Below are positions 1-11,283 of a stretch of 37,704 nucleotides of DNA, piece by piece. The DNA is from an uncultured Wolbachia sp. (GTDB lineage: Bacteria; Pseudomonadota; Alphaproteobacteria; Rickettsiales; Anaplasmataceae). The notes beneath the pieces were generated by a model. It did no database searches, had not been told where the DNA came from, and saw only the letters and a program-made list of their open reading frames with translations. A program made the position numbers and the translations under genes. The DNA lies in NCBI GenBank assembly GCA_902646575.1, contig CACRCM010000001.1:1-37704 (forward strand), written 5' to 3'. Positions within the stretch are counted from its first letter, which is position 1, and each line of letters opens with the position of its first letter.

Positions 1-202
1 CTGGGTTTATACCAAGCTGTTTCAGCAAGACAATATTATGTATAAAAGTACTAAACAGTGTTTCATCTGAAACTACCACACCGCCACATCTGATAACAAA
101 AGTTTCCCCTACAAAGTTGGGTATATTAGATAGCACTTCAAGCAATATTTCTGTTTTTTGTTTAAATGATATCTTACCATTTGAAAATTCACTGCTTTTC
201 AT
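1..202 (-). CDS. argB: Acetylglutamate kinase, 5' part (runs off the window start)
   Basis: Manual translation from ATG at 202: MKSSEFSNGKISFKQKTEILLEVLSNIPNFVGETFVIRCGGVVVSDETLFSTFIHNIVLLKQLGINP. Matches the NAGK N-terminus (FVIKxGG...IVLLKQxGINP). Starts 4 nt after the engB stop. Confidence 0.8.
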   Translation of the reverse strand, partial: MKSSEFSNGKISFKQKTEILLEVLSNIPNFVGETFVIRCGGVVVSDETLFSTFIHNIVLLKQLGINP

Positions 203-206
203 CTTT

Positions 207-788
207 TCATTTTGTAAACTTGAAAAATTCATCTCTTACCTTGGTTATTTTACATTTAACACGGGTGCTTATTTGATGAATTGATACATTCTCATTATTA
301 ATCCATTTTTGAGTGCTTTCTAAAATTGCATCGAGATTTTTTTGACTTACTTTGTCTACTTTTGTTAGCACAATATCAAAGTTAATATTATTATATATTA
401 ACCAATAAATAAAGTCTTTGTCTATTTCTTTTAGTCCTACTTTGCTATCTACCAACACAAACACTCTTCTTAGCCTTTTTCTTTGAGCTAAATAATACTC
501 ACTTAAGTTTAGATACTGTATTGTTTCTTCTTTGCTTGCACAAGAATAGCCATACCCTGGTAAATCAACAAGTCTAAACTTATCATTATATATAGAATAA
601 AAATTTACTTGCCTAGTGCACCCAGGTTTAGAAGAAACCCTGGCAGCTTTTTTACTGTTTATAAGCAGGTTAATTAAGCTCGATTTCCCTACATTTGATC
701 TACCGGCAAACGCAATCTCCGGAACTGACTCACTTGGCAATGATTTTATGTCTGAAGCTCCAAATATAAAATTGCTATTTGATGTCAT
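207..788 (-). CDS. engB: Ribosome biogenesis GTP-binding protein YihA/YsxC/EngB
   Basis: PEIAFAGRSNVGKSSLIN (G1), DLPGYG (G3), TKVD (G4). Confidence 0.96.
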   Translation of the reverse strand: MTSNSNFIFGASDIKSLPSESVPEIAFAGRSNVGKSSLINLLINSKKAARVSSKPGCTRQVNFYSIYNDKFRLVDLPGYGYSCASKEETIQYLNLSEYYLAQRKRLRRVFVLVDSKVGLKEIDKDFIYWLIYNNINFDIVLTKVDKVSQKNLDAILESTQKWINNENVSIHQISTRVKCKITKVRDEFFKFTK

Positions 789-916
789 CTTTCTTGCACT
801 ATTATAGAAATATTTAAGGTGTATGTATATTATAATGTTATTGCTTGATGTAAAAAATTTTTTATTTCAAGTATATGTTACTTACTAAGGTAGTTAAAAT
901 ATTAGACTTAAGCTGT

Positions 917-1996
917 ATGGACATAGAAAACAATTTACAAGATTTAAAGAAAAAGTTTAATGACATAGAAAGAAAATTAGGAAATCCTATTAACTTAAGT
1001 CAAAAAGAATTTATCAACTTTTCAAAAGAATATTCTGAACTCAGACCAATTATCAAGATAATTGATGAATACAACATGCTGAAAAAGGAAATTTCAGATT
1101 TAAAGGAAATATTAAAAGATGAAAACAGTGAATATGACATAAAAGAGTTAGCAAAAGAAGAATTTCTCGAGAAACAAAAAATATTATTACCAAAAGTAAA
1201 AGCTAAGCTAAAATTAGCACTACTAACGACAGATGAAGATGATTCAAGAAATGCAATACTAGAAATTAGAGCAGGTACAGGAGGAGAAGAAGCAGCGTTA
1301 TTTGCAGCGATGTTATTTCGCATGTACCAAAAATATGCAGAAAGAAGAAACTGGAAATTTGAACCAATAAGCATTTCTAGTACAGGCATAGGTGGCTACA
1401 AGGAAGCTTCTGCACTTGTTAATGGAACAGAAGTCTTTGCAAGGCTGAAATTTGAATCAGGAGTACACAGAGTACAGCGAGTACCAGAAACTGAATCCTC
1501 AGGAAGGCTACACACTTCAGCAGCTACTGTTGCAATATTACCCGAAGTTGAGGAAGTCGATTTTAAAATAGAAGAAAAAGATTTGCGAATAGACGTTTAC
1601 AGGTCTAGCGGCCCTGGCGGGCAATCAGTCAACACAACTGACAGTGCAGTAAGAGTTACTCATTTACCGACAGGAATAGTTGTAATACAACAAGACGAAA
1701 AATCGCAGCACAAAAATAAGGCAAAGGCGTTTAAAGTATTGAGAGCAAGGCTATACGAAATTGAAAGGCAAAAAAAAAAGATAGAAAGATCAACAATGAG
1801 AAAAAGTCAAATTGGTTCTGGAGACCGTTCTGAACGTATAAGAACTTATAATTTTCCACAATCAAGAATAACAGACCATAGAATTAATTTGACTTCACAT
1901 CGGCTAGAGCAGATTCTAAAAGAAGGCGAGCTAGATGAATTTATTGAAGCATTAATTTCACGTAACGAAGCAGAAAGATTAGCAGGAGAAAATTAA
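917..1996 (+). CDS. prfA: Peptide chain release factor 1
   Basis: GGQ motif ([10 protein letters not shown]), PET anticodon-mimic tripeptide (QRVPETE), [11 protein letters not shown]. Start probably ATG 917 (MDIENN) rather than 875. Confidence 0.97.
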   Translation: MDIENNLQDLKKKFNDIERKLGNPINLSQKEFINFSKEYSELRPIIKIIDEYNMLKKEISDLKEILKDENSEYDIKELAKEEFLEKQKILLPKVKAKLKLALLTTDEDDSRNAILEIRAGTGGEEAALFAAMLFRMYQKYAERRNWKFEPISISSTGIGGYKEASALVNGTEVFARLKFESGVHRVQRVPETESSGRLHTSAATVAILPEVEEVDFKIEEKDLRIDVYRSSGPGGQSVNTTDSAVRVTHLPTGIVVIQQDEKSQHKNKAKAFKVLRARLYEIERQKKKIERSTMRKSQIGSGDRSERIRTYNFPQSRITDHRINLTSHRLEQILKEGELDEFIEALISRNEAERLAGEN

Positions 1997-3208
1997 TTAC
2001 CTATATATTTGCAATCAATCACACCGTATCCTTTAAAGGCAACAAACAAGCAGTAAAAATGAGTTCCAACACTACTGAGAAAAACATAGACAGCCACACT
2101 GATTACTTACCATTATAAATACAGCTTGTTGAGTTGATAAAAATAGTCATGATAAAAGATTTGATAAATGAAACTGTAAAGGAAGTTTATATCTCTAATT
2201 TCATAAAAAATATTCAATGATACGTTAAAAGGCACTACTTGATAAACTTTACAACCAATACACAGAACAACAACCATAGGTAATACTACTAAATATAAGT
2301 ATTGAGTATAATTATACTAAATGTTAAAAAATAATAGAGTGATAAACGATATATAAGCAGCAGAAAAGAGACTTAGTATAAAAATGACACAGTAAGTTTT
2401 ACACTCAATAATAACCTTTCACAGCCCTCAATCATTTTTCCTAAACTGAAAATATTATGGTTCTTTTTTATTTCTGGTAATACTAAAAGTAACAAAATCT
2501 AAGAAATCAACCAAATTATTGTGATACCTGCATAAATATCACGCCATTCACCAATTCTATTGATGAAACTGTCCAAAACAGACACAACTACCATAATCAT
2601 AGCATAAAAATTATTATCTTATAGTACTTAATTAGTTTCTCTGCCAAAATATAAAGAAACAATAAATGCTAAAAGCCAAAATCTATCAGTACACATTTTG
2701 AAATGCTATATATAACATGCCTGCCCGTAGCGTACATTTCATACAAGAATGTTGCAGACCATATATTTGCAAAGCTTTCAATGTTTTAACCATAAGATAG
2801 CTAACCAAACCTCTGTCAATAAAATATCTTCGCAGTAATAGATACTTATTACCTAAAGAATTTAAAACTAAAGAAAGGATCAATACCAGTAATTACTTTT
2901 CCAATAATAGAATAACTCTAATCGCTAGAACTGATCAAAGATAAGGTACCTAAAGATGTTAATACAATACAAATTGGTCCAATAAACCTTGGAAGTAAAC
3001 CTATCTAGAAGAATATTTATAGGAATAGATGCTAAAACACATATCCTATATAATATAACCTCATAAAATTGTTCTATATCTGTTACTCCTATATTAAACT
3101 TTATTAACAATTTAGGAACTACAACATTTGAAATTACATGCAATATATGTTGATTTATATAAAACAGAGATATTAATAACCATATTAAGTAGTTTCACTC
3201 CACAGCAC
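1997..3208 (-). pseudogene. Degraded MFS permease
   Basis: Frame-broken hydrophobic fragments: LIWLLISLFYINQHILHVISNVVVPKLLIKFNIGVTDIEQF; IPINILLDRFTSK (MFS motif A-like); FIGPICIVLTSLGTL. Many stops and frameshifts over about 1.2 kb, a typical MFS length. Confidence 0.75.
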
Positions 3209-3489
3209 TAATCTTACCTCAAGCTGAGTTTATAGATGATTCAGTTATAAAAAAGAAGTTTTACGTCAGAAACTGTAAAAAAATTACACGATTTAACTAA
3301 AATTCTTTATTTTTTATAAATCTTATATTTAATATCATAAACATATATTATATATATAGCAAATATTATAATAAATAAAATAACAATTTTTCACTTTAAA
3401 TATAAAAAACCTTTATATTTTAAGAGATAGTTAATCTAAATATGGTTCAACTATTGAAATCTTAGAATAATTTATCATTTGCGAAAAGC

Positions 3490-4060
3490 ATGAAATTTAA
3501 TGAATCTTTTTATCAAATATCTTTTAGCATTAGTCCTGTTGCTATTGAATACGTAGCAAAATATTTAGATTTAAAATAGTTTAGACTTAATGAACTACTC
3601 ACTTTTTGGCAGGTATTATGAACAGAAAAATCAAAACTATGCAGTTTCATATGCAGAAGTGTTTGAATTCTCAAGCTCATTTATTCTTATTTTTTTACAA
3701 ATTTCGCTTAGCCAATCAATTAGATGCAGCAATGAGATATTATTTAGAAAAATAGAGCAAAAAAAAAGATTTATTTTTCATCACGATACCAAAGAAAAGA
3801 AAATACCGGAATAAGAGGTGAAATATATTACTCTTAAAGTTCTAAATGAACATGAATGTTAAGCACATAGTTTTTGTAAACGTGCTTGACACTAGATTAT
3901 ACCAGATTTCAATATGAATAAAAAAAACACTGAATAATATGAAGAAAGTCGAAATAAAGGCACTTGATCGCAACCCAAAGTAAAAAACATGATTAGCGAA
4001 TACAAAAGCGAAGGTTTCAACCATCAAGATGCATGATATCAGACGTTACAGATTGCTTAG
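3490..4060 (+). pseudogene. Degraded hypothetical protein
   Basis: ATG at 3490, residual ORF 3590-3814 and coding-like purine-rich composition interrupted by stops. No family recognised. Confidence 0.3.
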
Positions 4061-4334
4061 AATATTAAAAAAACATAAAAATACTTTTAAAAATTAATAT
4101 TAAAAGAAAACTTGACACTTAATATTATCCCCTAGATACAGTAAAGAAACACTAAGGAATTACTTCTTTTTCAATTACTTTCATCCGATTATAGAACCTC
4201 TTCACAAAGTTAGCAATAAATTATATGAATTAATTAAAAATAATGAATAATGTGAGTTAATCAAATCAAAATAACAAGAGAATGTGCTCTTATAACTTAT
4301 TCTCGTTTAAAAGCGTCCAAGTTTCAAGGGTAAT

Positions 4335-5590
4335 GCTTAAATTCTATAGTAATTTTAGAATAAAATTGATAACTTTGTAAACAAAATTCTCCTGAAGGAC
4401 ATACCATAGATTTCATATGCACTTCAATTTGCTTCAACTATCACCGTATCCTTTATCTTTTTGATTTACTATCTTCATAAAATTTGCAAACAAAGTATAA
4501 GTATGGTAGCTTTTATATACCGATTAAATATCAGGCCAAAAAGACTTATATATTCCTAGCTCGACGCTTATTTCAATTAAGCAAAGAATTATACTCTTCA
4601 GTCAACACCTTATCTCTTTCCTCTCACAATGATTTTTTATTATTGTAACCATCCTTTCTCCTATCCACTTCTATATCAAACTAATATTCTAAAAAACCTA
4701 TAATAGTAGCTGCTAATACTCCTAAGTACCTCTGGCATTCAATATAAGCACTTAGTGTTTAATAACTTTATTACCATTACTCCAGTAACCACCGGTCAAC
4801 CTGCAATTTAGGTAATATTTTGTCCATATTATCTAGATATTAGCATAATTCCTGATGTAAAGTTATTAAAACGAAAAACAACATCTATTATATTTTCAAC
4901 CGCAATTCTTATTAGTATTCGACCTTTTTTTTCTTTCATTATACCGCTAATTTTTTCGCTTATTTCATTCAATGCAAAGTAAAACCTCTTACTGTCTTAA
5001 AGAAGCTAATTCTATATGATATATTCACTCTATTTTCACATATTTCCACAGTTAATCTTTCCAGTAGTAGACTCTTCTAATTTATTAAAATAAGATGACT
5101 TTGCTGTTGTATTATCAATTCTAGCACTTTTTACAATTGGTCATTGGCTACATATTTTCAGTAGCACTTATCTCTCCTCTTATTATATTAAATAATAAAA
5201 CTTACCTAAGGATAAAACAACTAAACCTAAGAACCTTTTACTTTACTACTATAAGTACCATGCCTTAACGTTCTTTGTTTCTACTAAGAATATAGGCTAT
5301 ACTTTACTACTTAATTTAACCAGCCTTAGTGCTAGGCAATTTATTGTAAAACTTACTAATCATCGATTATTGAGATTATCAAATATCATAAAATTTTTTA
5401 TGATTCTTACCCGCTTACTTCAATTTGAAAAATTACATAAATGCTAAATATAAGAGAACAATTAATTTTTACTTCATCGCTTACAATTAAATGATAAAAC
5501 CAATTTAACCTTTCATTAGTCCATATCTATCTTATATTGCCTGGTAATAATTTCATAGATATTTTATACTCTCTAAATTAACTTATGAAA
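4335..5590 (-). pseudogene. Degraded hypothetical protein
   Basis: About 1.25 kb with purine-rich minus strand and short protein-like frames (DSKRFYFALNEISEKISGIMKEKK; ELGIYKSFWPDI) but no ORF of 60 aa or more. Confidence 0.35.
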
Positions 5591-5779
5591 ATATTACTCA
5601 AATTAATAAACATCTTTTTATACTAGTGGATAAACTACCTGAAAGTATAACTTTTTACTAAAATCTTTATCTAAGGACAATTTCTGTTACACTAAATAAT
5701 ATAGTATTAATATATAGATCGATACATTGATTTTTATCCTCATTACAACTTATTATTCATAAATAACCTCAGTAAAACG

Positions 5780-8500
5780 ATGAAGCTAAACGAAATTAGA
5801 GAAAGGTTTATAAAATTTTTTGTAAATAATGATCACAAGCAGATTCCTTCCTCTCCTTTAATTCTAGAGCATGACCCAACACTCATGTTCACAAATGCTG
5901 GTATGGTACAGTTTAAAAACTGCTTCACTGATTTACAAAAAAATGAAGTAGAACGTGCTGTTTCAAGTCAAAAGTGCCTAAGGGCCGGCGGTAAACATAA
6001 TGATCTAGAAAATGTTGGTTATACAACTAGACATCATACATTCTTTGAAATGCTTGGGAATTTCAGCTTTGGTGACTACTTCAAAGAAACAGCAATAGAA
6101 CTCGCATGGAAATTCATTACTGAAGAACTATCTCTTGATAAAAGCAGATTATCCATAACTATTTACCATACTGATGATGAATCGTATGAGATTTGGCATA
6201 AAATAAGCGGTTTTTCGAATGACAAAATCACAAGAATTACAACAGACGACAATTTCTGGAGCATGGGCAATACTGGCCCATGTGGGCCATGTTCTGAAAT
6301 TTTTTACGATCATGCAGAGTCCAGCTTACAAGACAATGATAGGATTGTTGAAATCTGGAATTTGGTATTCATGGAATTTAACAAGGATGAAGAAGGCAAT
6401 TTACAAAAATTGCAAAAAAAATGCATCGATACTGGAATGGGTCTTGAGAGAATAGCTGCTGTGATGCAAAACGTTCACGACAATTATGATATTGATCTAT
6501 TTTCTGCTATAATAAGTAAATCACAAGAATATTGTGGAAATATAAAAAATAAAGTAGCTCATAAGATTATCGCAGACCATCTTCGTTCAGCTGCATTTCT
6601 AATTGCAGAAGGCATGCTTCCTGGAAGTGAAGGTAGAAACTATGTGTTACGCAGATTAATTAGGAGAGCTGCACGTTACATCCACCAGCTTGGATATAAC
6701 AACTCCCTTCTTCATCATATTTTTCCGGTGTTAATAGATAGCTCAAGCTCAGCTTACATGGGAGATGTTTACCCTGAGTTAATCAGAGCTAAAAGCTTAA
6801 TAGAAATGACGTTAAAATCAGAAGAAGAGAACTTTAAAGATACTTTAGTAAAAGGTATTAATCTTTTGGAAAAATTTACTGCAGATTTAAAACCAGGCGA
6901 TACTCTATCAGGAAAATCAGCGTTTAAATTATATGACACTTACGGATTCCCTTTAGATATCACACTCGATCTTCTAAAAGAGAAAAGAATAAATTTCGAT
7001 CAAAAAGGTTTTAATAATGCAATGGAAGAACAGAAAAAAAGGGCACGTGTTAAATGGATAGAATCCAGTGAAAAGTCAGTTAAGCAAAAATGGTTCGATT
7101 TGATCAATAAATTTGACAAAACAGAATTCATTGGTTATGAGTCTAATGAAGCAAAGGATGCAAAAGTACTAGCCATAATCTCCCCTAAAAATAAAGTTAT
7201 TGATTCTGCACAAAAAGGAGAAAAGATAACCGTCATACTTGATAAAACACCTTTTTATGGCGAATCAGGTGGACAAGCAGGGGATATTGGAGAGCTACTT
7301 ATTACCATTCCAGTGTCAAGCACTGAGATTCAAAAAAAAAACGACCAATCATATACTATAAATTATAGTACTCAAGGTATAGTTACAGTAGAAAATACCA
7401 ACAAAATTAAAGACTTATATTTGCACAGGTGCATAGTTAAATCTGGCTCAATTTGCAAAGGTGACATAGTTACAGCAACTATTGATAAAAGAAGAAGACA
7501 AAGCTTAAGAAGAAACCACTCAGCTACACATCTTCTGCACTTCGCACTGAGAAAAACCTTAGGTGATCAAATCATTCAAAAAGGCTCCTTAGCTGCATCA
7601 GATAAATTAAGATTCGACTTTAGTCACAACACTCAAATCACTCAAAATCAGCTATTTTCAATAGAAGACATGGTAAACTCCTTAATAAGAGAAGACCTCT
7701 CCACATTTACAAAAATTCAGAGCATAAATCAGGCAATGAACGAAGGAGCTATTGCGTTGTTTGACAAACAATATGATAATCAGGTTAGAGTTGTAAACAT
7801 TGGAGATTCGAAAGAATTATGTGGTGGAACGCACGTGAAACGTACTGGAGAAATTGGTTTGTTTAAAATAGTAACAGAATGTTCTATTGCATCCGGAATA
7901 AGAAGAATTGAAGCTTTAACTGGCCAAGAGGCAATTAATTATGTACGTAATAATGAAATTAACTTAAAAAAAGTTGCAAAATCCGTAAAAGCGCCAACAA
8001 GTGAGATAATAAACCGATTAAATATTCTAAATCAAGAATATAAAGAATCCGAAGCTAAAATAAAAAGCCTTTATAAAAAACTCATAGAAGTAGAAAACAT
8101 AAAAAGCACTAAAATAAATGGGATATATTTTATAAGTCATGCTTTCACTGACATTCCAGTAAACATAATAAGAGAATTCGTCCTGCAACAACAAAAACCA
8201 AAAACAATAATAGCTTTTACAGCAACTGGAAAAAATAAAACATTTTTACAATCCTCCATTATTTCAGCAACACGCACTGAAACAATGCCAAGTGAAGTTG
8301 CTAATTTCTCACTAAACAAGAAGCCCAATAAAACAGTTCTGATTGTAAAAATAAGTAAAGACCTAACTGATAAAATCAGTGCAAAAGAGTTAGTATCTAC
8401 CATAACTAGAAGAGACTGTGGTGGAAATGTCGAACTTGCTCAAACAGGCTGTAATAGTAGTGATATTATCACAGCTATTTCTAACTACTTAGCAAGATAG
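5780..8500 (+). CDS. alaS: Alanine--tRNA ligase with two in-frame repeat-derived insertions
   Basis: [38 protein letters not shown]; editing motifs HSATHLLH and ELCGGTH. Confidence 0.98.
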   Translation: MKLNEIRERFIKFFVNNDHKQIPSSPLILEHDPTLMFTNAGMVQFKNCFTDLQKNEVERAVSSQKCLRAGGKHNDLENVGYTTRHHTFFEMLGNFSFGDYFKETAIELAWKFITEELSLDKSRLSITIYHTDDESYEIWHKISGFSNDKITRITTDDNFWSMGNTGPCGPCSEIFYDHAESSLQDNDRIVEIWNLVFMEFNKDEEGNLQKLQKKCIDTGMGLERIAAVMQNVHDNYDIDLFSAIISKSQEYCGNIKNKVAHKIIADHLRSAAFLIAEGMLPGSEGRNYVLRRLIRRAARYIHQLGYNNSLLHHIFPVLIDSSSSAYMGDVYPELIRAKSLIEMTLKSEEENFKDTLVKGINLLEKFTADLKPGDTLSGKSAFKLYDTYGFPLDITLDLLKEKRINFDQKGFNNAMEEQKKRARVKWIESSEKSVKQKWFDLINKFDKTEFIGYESNEAKDAKVLAIISPKNKVIDSAQKGEKITVILDKTPFYGESGGQAGDIGELLITIPVSSTEIQKKNDQSYTINYSTQGIVTVENTNKIKDLYLHRCIVKSGSICKGDIVTATIDKRRRQSLRRNHSATHLLHFALRKTLGDQIIQKGSLAASDKLRFDFSHNTQITQNQLFSIEDMVNSLIREDLSTFTKIQSINQAMNEGAIALFDKQYDNQVRVVNIGDSKELCGGTHVKRTGEIGLFKIVTECSIASGIRRIEALTGQEAINYVRNNEINLKKVAKSVKAPTSEIINRLNILNQEYKESEAKIKSLYKKLIEVENIKSTKINGIYFISHAFTDIPVNIIREFVLQQQKPKTIIAFTATGKNKTFLQSSIISATRTETMPSEVANFSLNKKPNKTVLIVKISKDLTDKISAKELVSTITRRDCGGNVELAQTGCNSSDIITAISNYLAR
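7301..7378 (+). repeat. WPE-derived in-frame insertion 1 in alaS
   Basis: ACCATTCCAGTGTCAAGCACTGAGATTC with CAGTG/CACTG arms at 7311-7325, matching the WPE core. Second small palindrome TACTATA-AAT-TATAGTA at 7354-7370. Encodes [26 protein letters not shown]. Confidence 0.8.
8234..8335 (+). repeat. Repeat-derived in-frame insertion 2 in alaS, flanked by 9-bp direct repeat
   Basis: AATAAAACA at 8234-8242 and 8327-8335, 93 bp apart. Interior ATTTCAGCAACACGCACTGAAACAA resembles a decayed WPE arm (TTTCAG/CTGAAA). Confidence 0.65.
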
Positions 8501-11224
8501 TATATTATACGGTAGAACTTGTTGTTGTACCCCTATGTTACAAAGTTCACTCAATTTAGTTTTTACCGTCTCTTCTGCTTCTCGACAGATGTTCTTACCT
8601 TCATTAATCAGTGTAAACTCAATATCCTTAAAAAATCTATTCCACATGCTACATAAATGCTCTTTTATTTGAGGCCATATGTTTTTTTTAAAGGTCTCTC
8701 CATCATCAGAAAATACATTACCTAATAAAGCTCCTACTTTCTCATAACTTGATTCAAAATATTGAAGCAATGTCTCCACCTCCTTATAAGTACTATGTGC
8801 CGAATCTAAGGCTTTTCCTTCTACACTATTTTTATCTCCGATAGCTGATAACCCAAGCTTATTATAATTCAAAGCAATCTGCGCAGGCTTTATCACCTTT
8901 CTATATACCCAACCCCAACCCTGATCTAACAAATTATTTTTATAATCTTTCGATATATTTTTTGGTACATTATTTACTATATTTTCCATTAAAATACCTA
9001 CCAAAGGAGACAATAAAGCCTGACAAAAATGTTTGATATTATCTTTTGTTTTAATCACAGGATACTTGATACATTTTTCTGCTAAACAGCATTCAAGTTC
9101 TGCTCTTTCTAATAACTTCTTGATTTCCTCTTCATTAAAAGCCTCTTGTTTACATAGCTTCAATAAATCATCTTCTATTACTGCAAATCTTATTTTTTCG
9201 CGAGACATTAGTTCTTCTCTGTAATCATTTTCTGTTTTCTCATTTATCAATAACCCCTCTTTCTCTAATCCTAATCGTTCTAATGTTTCTAGAATTTCTT
9301 GATTATTTTTCAAGCATAACTCCACTAACTCTATACTTAAAGATTCTTTCTCTTTACTATTTTTCTCACTACCCAAACTCTTATTCTGCTTTTCTATCAC
9401 TTTCTTCAATTCTACAGGTTGCATTAAATATTTTCCTATCTCTTCTCGATAAGAAACTATCCTATTCACTAAAAGTTCTTCATCTTCTTCATCAAATAGC
9501 ATAAATGCGCCAGTATTATCTTCTATGTCCCTTATACTCTTCCCTTGCTCTTGAAATAAACTTTGAGTTTTACATTTCGCTATTTCTGAATACATTTTTT
9601 CTAGCAAAAGGTTTACTTTATGATAAGAACACATATTTACATTCAAGTCATAGAATTCACTAAGTAGACCCTGCTTTACATCAATTGTTAAATCTGATTG
9701 ATTTAATATAACTTCAGCCTTTCTTATCTTCGATTTTATTAATTCTCGATAAACGTATTGATTAGCAGGTTCAAATTTAAAAATGTCCTCAAGTTTTCTT
9801 CTTAGGTTATTGCTCACTGAATTACTATTCTTTCTCAAGGCTTTATATATCTTTGGGTACATCATCTCTAATTCCTCTTTTATCTCATGATATTTTCGTT
9901 CTCCTTTTTCTTTCAACTCTGCAATCAAATTTCCAGCCTTAGAGACAGCTTTTTTTGTTTCCTGAGGATATATTTCACTATAAACACCAATTACCCCCCC
10001 AGCCACACGCTGTTTCCACTTTGCTCTAAACAAAGGAAGTACACCATTTCTTAAGTTGTTTGATATTTTTAAATCCTTTATTATCATCTCTTTCTCAGTC
10101 GGTAACTCCTTACCTTGACTTTTCAATTCCTGCTCTACCAATATTTCTTTCAGTCTTTCTTCTATATTTAACCCTCCCCTTTTTTCTCTTTCCCTTTGTG
10201 CGATTTTGACTGCCTGTATAAAGGCAACTTTATAAGCATCCTGTATTAAGTAACTTGTCAACTTAAAATCTACACTATCCACCACCTTCAATCTGAACTC
10301 ATTCAACAACTTTCTCAGCTTATCATACGTAATATCCTTCTTTTCCAGTTTTACCAGTTTTTCAATATTTTTTGCAAATTCTTGAACTGATTTCGCAATC
10401 ACATTCCTAATCTCACTATACAAACGCACAAGACCATTTTTTAAGTGGACATTAGCTGACAGCTTTAGTATAGTACTATGCTCCGCATCTTGTGTAACAA
10501 ACAGATTACCATTTTCATCTTCATATAAATTTCTAAGCAACTGTTCAAATTGTGGTGGAAACTTAATCTCCACATTCCACTCAATATTTGGATTAAAAAC
10601 TTCTATCTCATGATTTGTTTCATGAAAAGATACTCTAATATTTTGGTGCTTATTACAATACAACCCCATTCTTATTCTAAGAGCAGCAATCAAAGAATGA
10701 GATAATTCTCTATTTAAAAAATAAAAAGTAGCTAAAGCGAACATTGCAGGAATAATCAATGCCATAAGCGCAGCCATATCAACAAGAATCACTATCATAA
10801 TAAGAACACCATATGCCAATCTCTTTGGTACACTTTTACTTATTTCATTTTTTTTTGCTTCATTCTTCCTAAAACTAATCTGTGTTTTATTATCTACCTT
10901 TAATCTGTTATACATGACCAATCCTAATGCAACAGAAGCAACATAAGGAAGCATCAAAACCGACAAAGCTAAATTTAATATTCGTTTTTCTAGGCAAGCA
11001 CTGTTTATTTCTTTGAATATTTCACTTGATACATTATACCAGGAAGTAAAAAAATCAGAGTTATAACCTTTATAATGAAATACACTCAGCGGGATACTAA
11101 AATCAATAACATTATCGTTCTTCTTCAAATTATCCTGCTCTCCTAAAGCAACAACAGACTCTTTTTTATCTAAACTACCGCCATTATAGTCATTCAAGTT
11201 ATCAACTTTAACAGCTATATTCAT
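8489..11224 (-). CDS. Hypothetical 911-aa protein with N-terminal transmembrane segments and long Glu/Lys-rich helical region
   Basis: Uninterrupted ORF with GAGG RBS upstream of the ATG. Hydrophobic stretches at about aa 82-104 and 137-170. No catalytic motif recognised. Confidence 0.85.
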   Translation of the reverse strand: MNIAVKVDNLNDYNGGSLDKKESVVALGEQDNLKKNDNVIDFSIPLSVFHYKGYNSDFFTSWYNVSSEIFKEINSACLEKRILNLALSVLMLPYVASVALGLVMYNRLKVDNKTQISFRKNEAKKNEISKSVPKRLAYGVLIMIVILVDMAALMALIIPAMFALATFYFLNRELSHSLIAALRIRMGLYCNKHQNIRVSFHETNHEIEVFNPNIEWNVEIKFPPQFEQLLRNLYEDENGNLFVTQDAEHSTILKLSANVHLKNGLVRLYSEIRNVIAKSVQEFAKNIEKLVKLEKKDITYDKLRKLLNEFRLKVVDSVDFKLTSYLIQDAYKVAFIQAVKIAQREREKRGGLNIEERLKEILVEQELKSQGKELPTEKEMIIKDLKISNNLRNGVLPLFRAKWKQRVAGGVIGVYSEIYPQETKKAVSKAGNLIAELKEKGERKYHEIKEELEMMYPKIYKALRKNSNSVSNNLRRKLEDIFKFEPANQYVYRELIKSKIRKAEVILNQSDLTIDVKQGLLSEFYDLNVNMCSYHKVNLLLEKMYSEIAKCKTQSLFQEQGKSIRDIEDNTGAFMLFDEEDEELLVNRIVSYREEIGKYLMQPVELKKVIEKQNKSLGSEKNSKEKESLSIELVELCLKNNQEILETLERLGLEKEGLLINEKTENDYREELMSREKIRFAVIEDDLLKLCKQEAFNEEEIKKLLERAELECCLAEKCIKYPVIKTKDNIKHFCQALLSPLVGILMENIVNNVPKNISKDYKNNLLDQGWGWVYRKVIKPAQIALNYNKLGLSAIGDKNSVEGKALDSAHSTYKEVETLLQYFESSYEKVGALLGNVFSDDGETFKKNIWPQIKEHLCSMWNRFFKDIEFTLINEGKNICREAEETVKTKLSELCNIGVQQQVLPYNILSC

Positions 11225-11283
11225 ACCTTAACCTCATTTGAAGCAACTTAAGTGTTGCATAAATAATGATAATTTTCAACTAT

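Noticed and set aside
875-916. N-terminal extension of prfA
   Set aside because: Homology begins at MDIENN (917); the upstream ATG is probably incidental.
3300-3440. Extremely AT-rich tract as replication origin
   Set aside because: No DnaA-box cluster or usual Rickettsiales ori-flanking genes seen; likely an eroded divergent promoter region.
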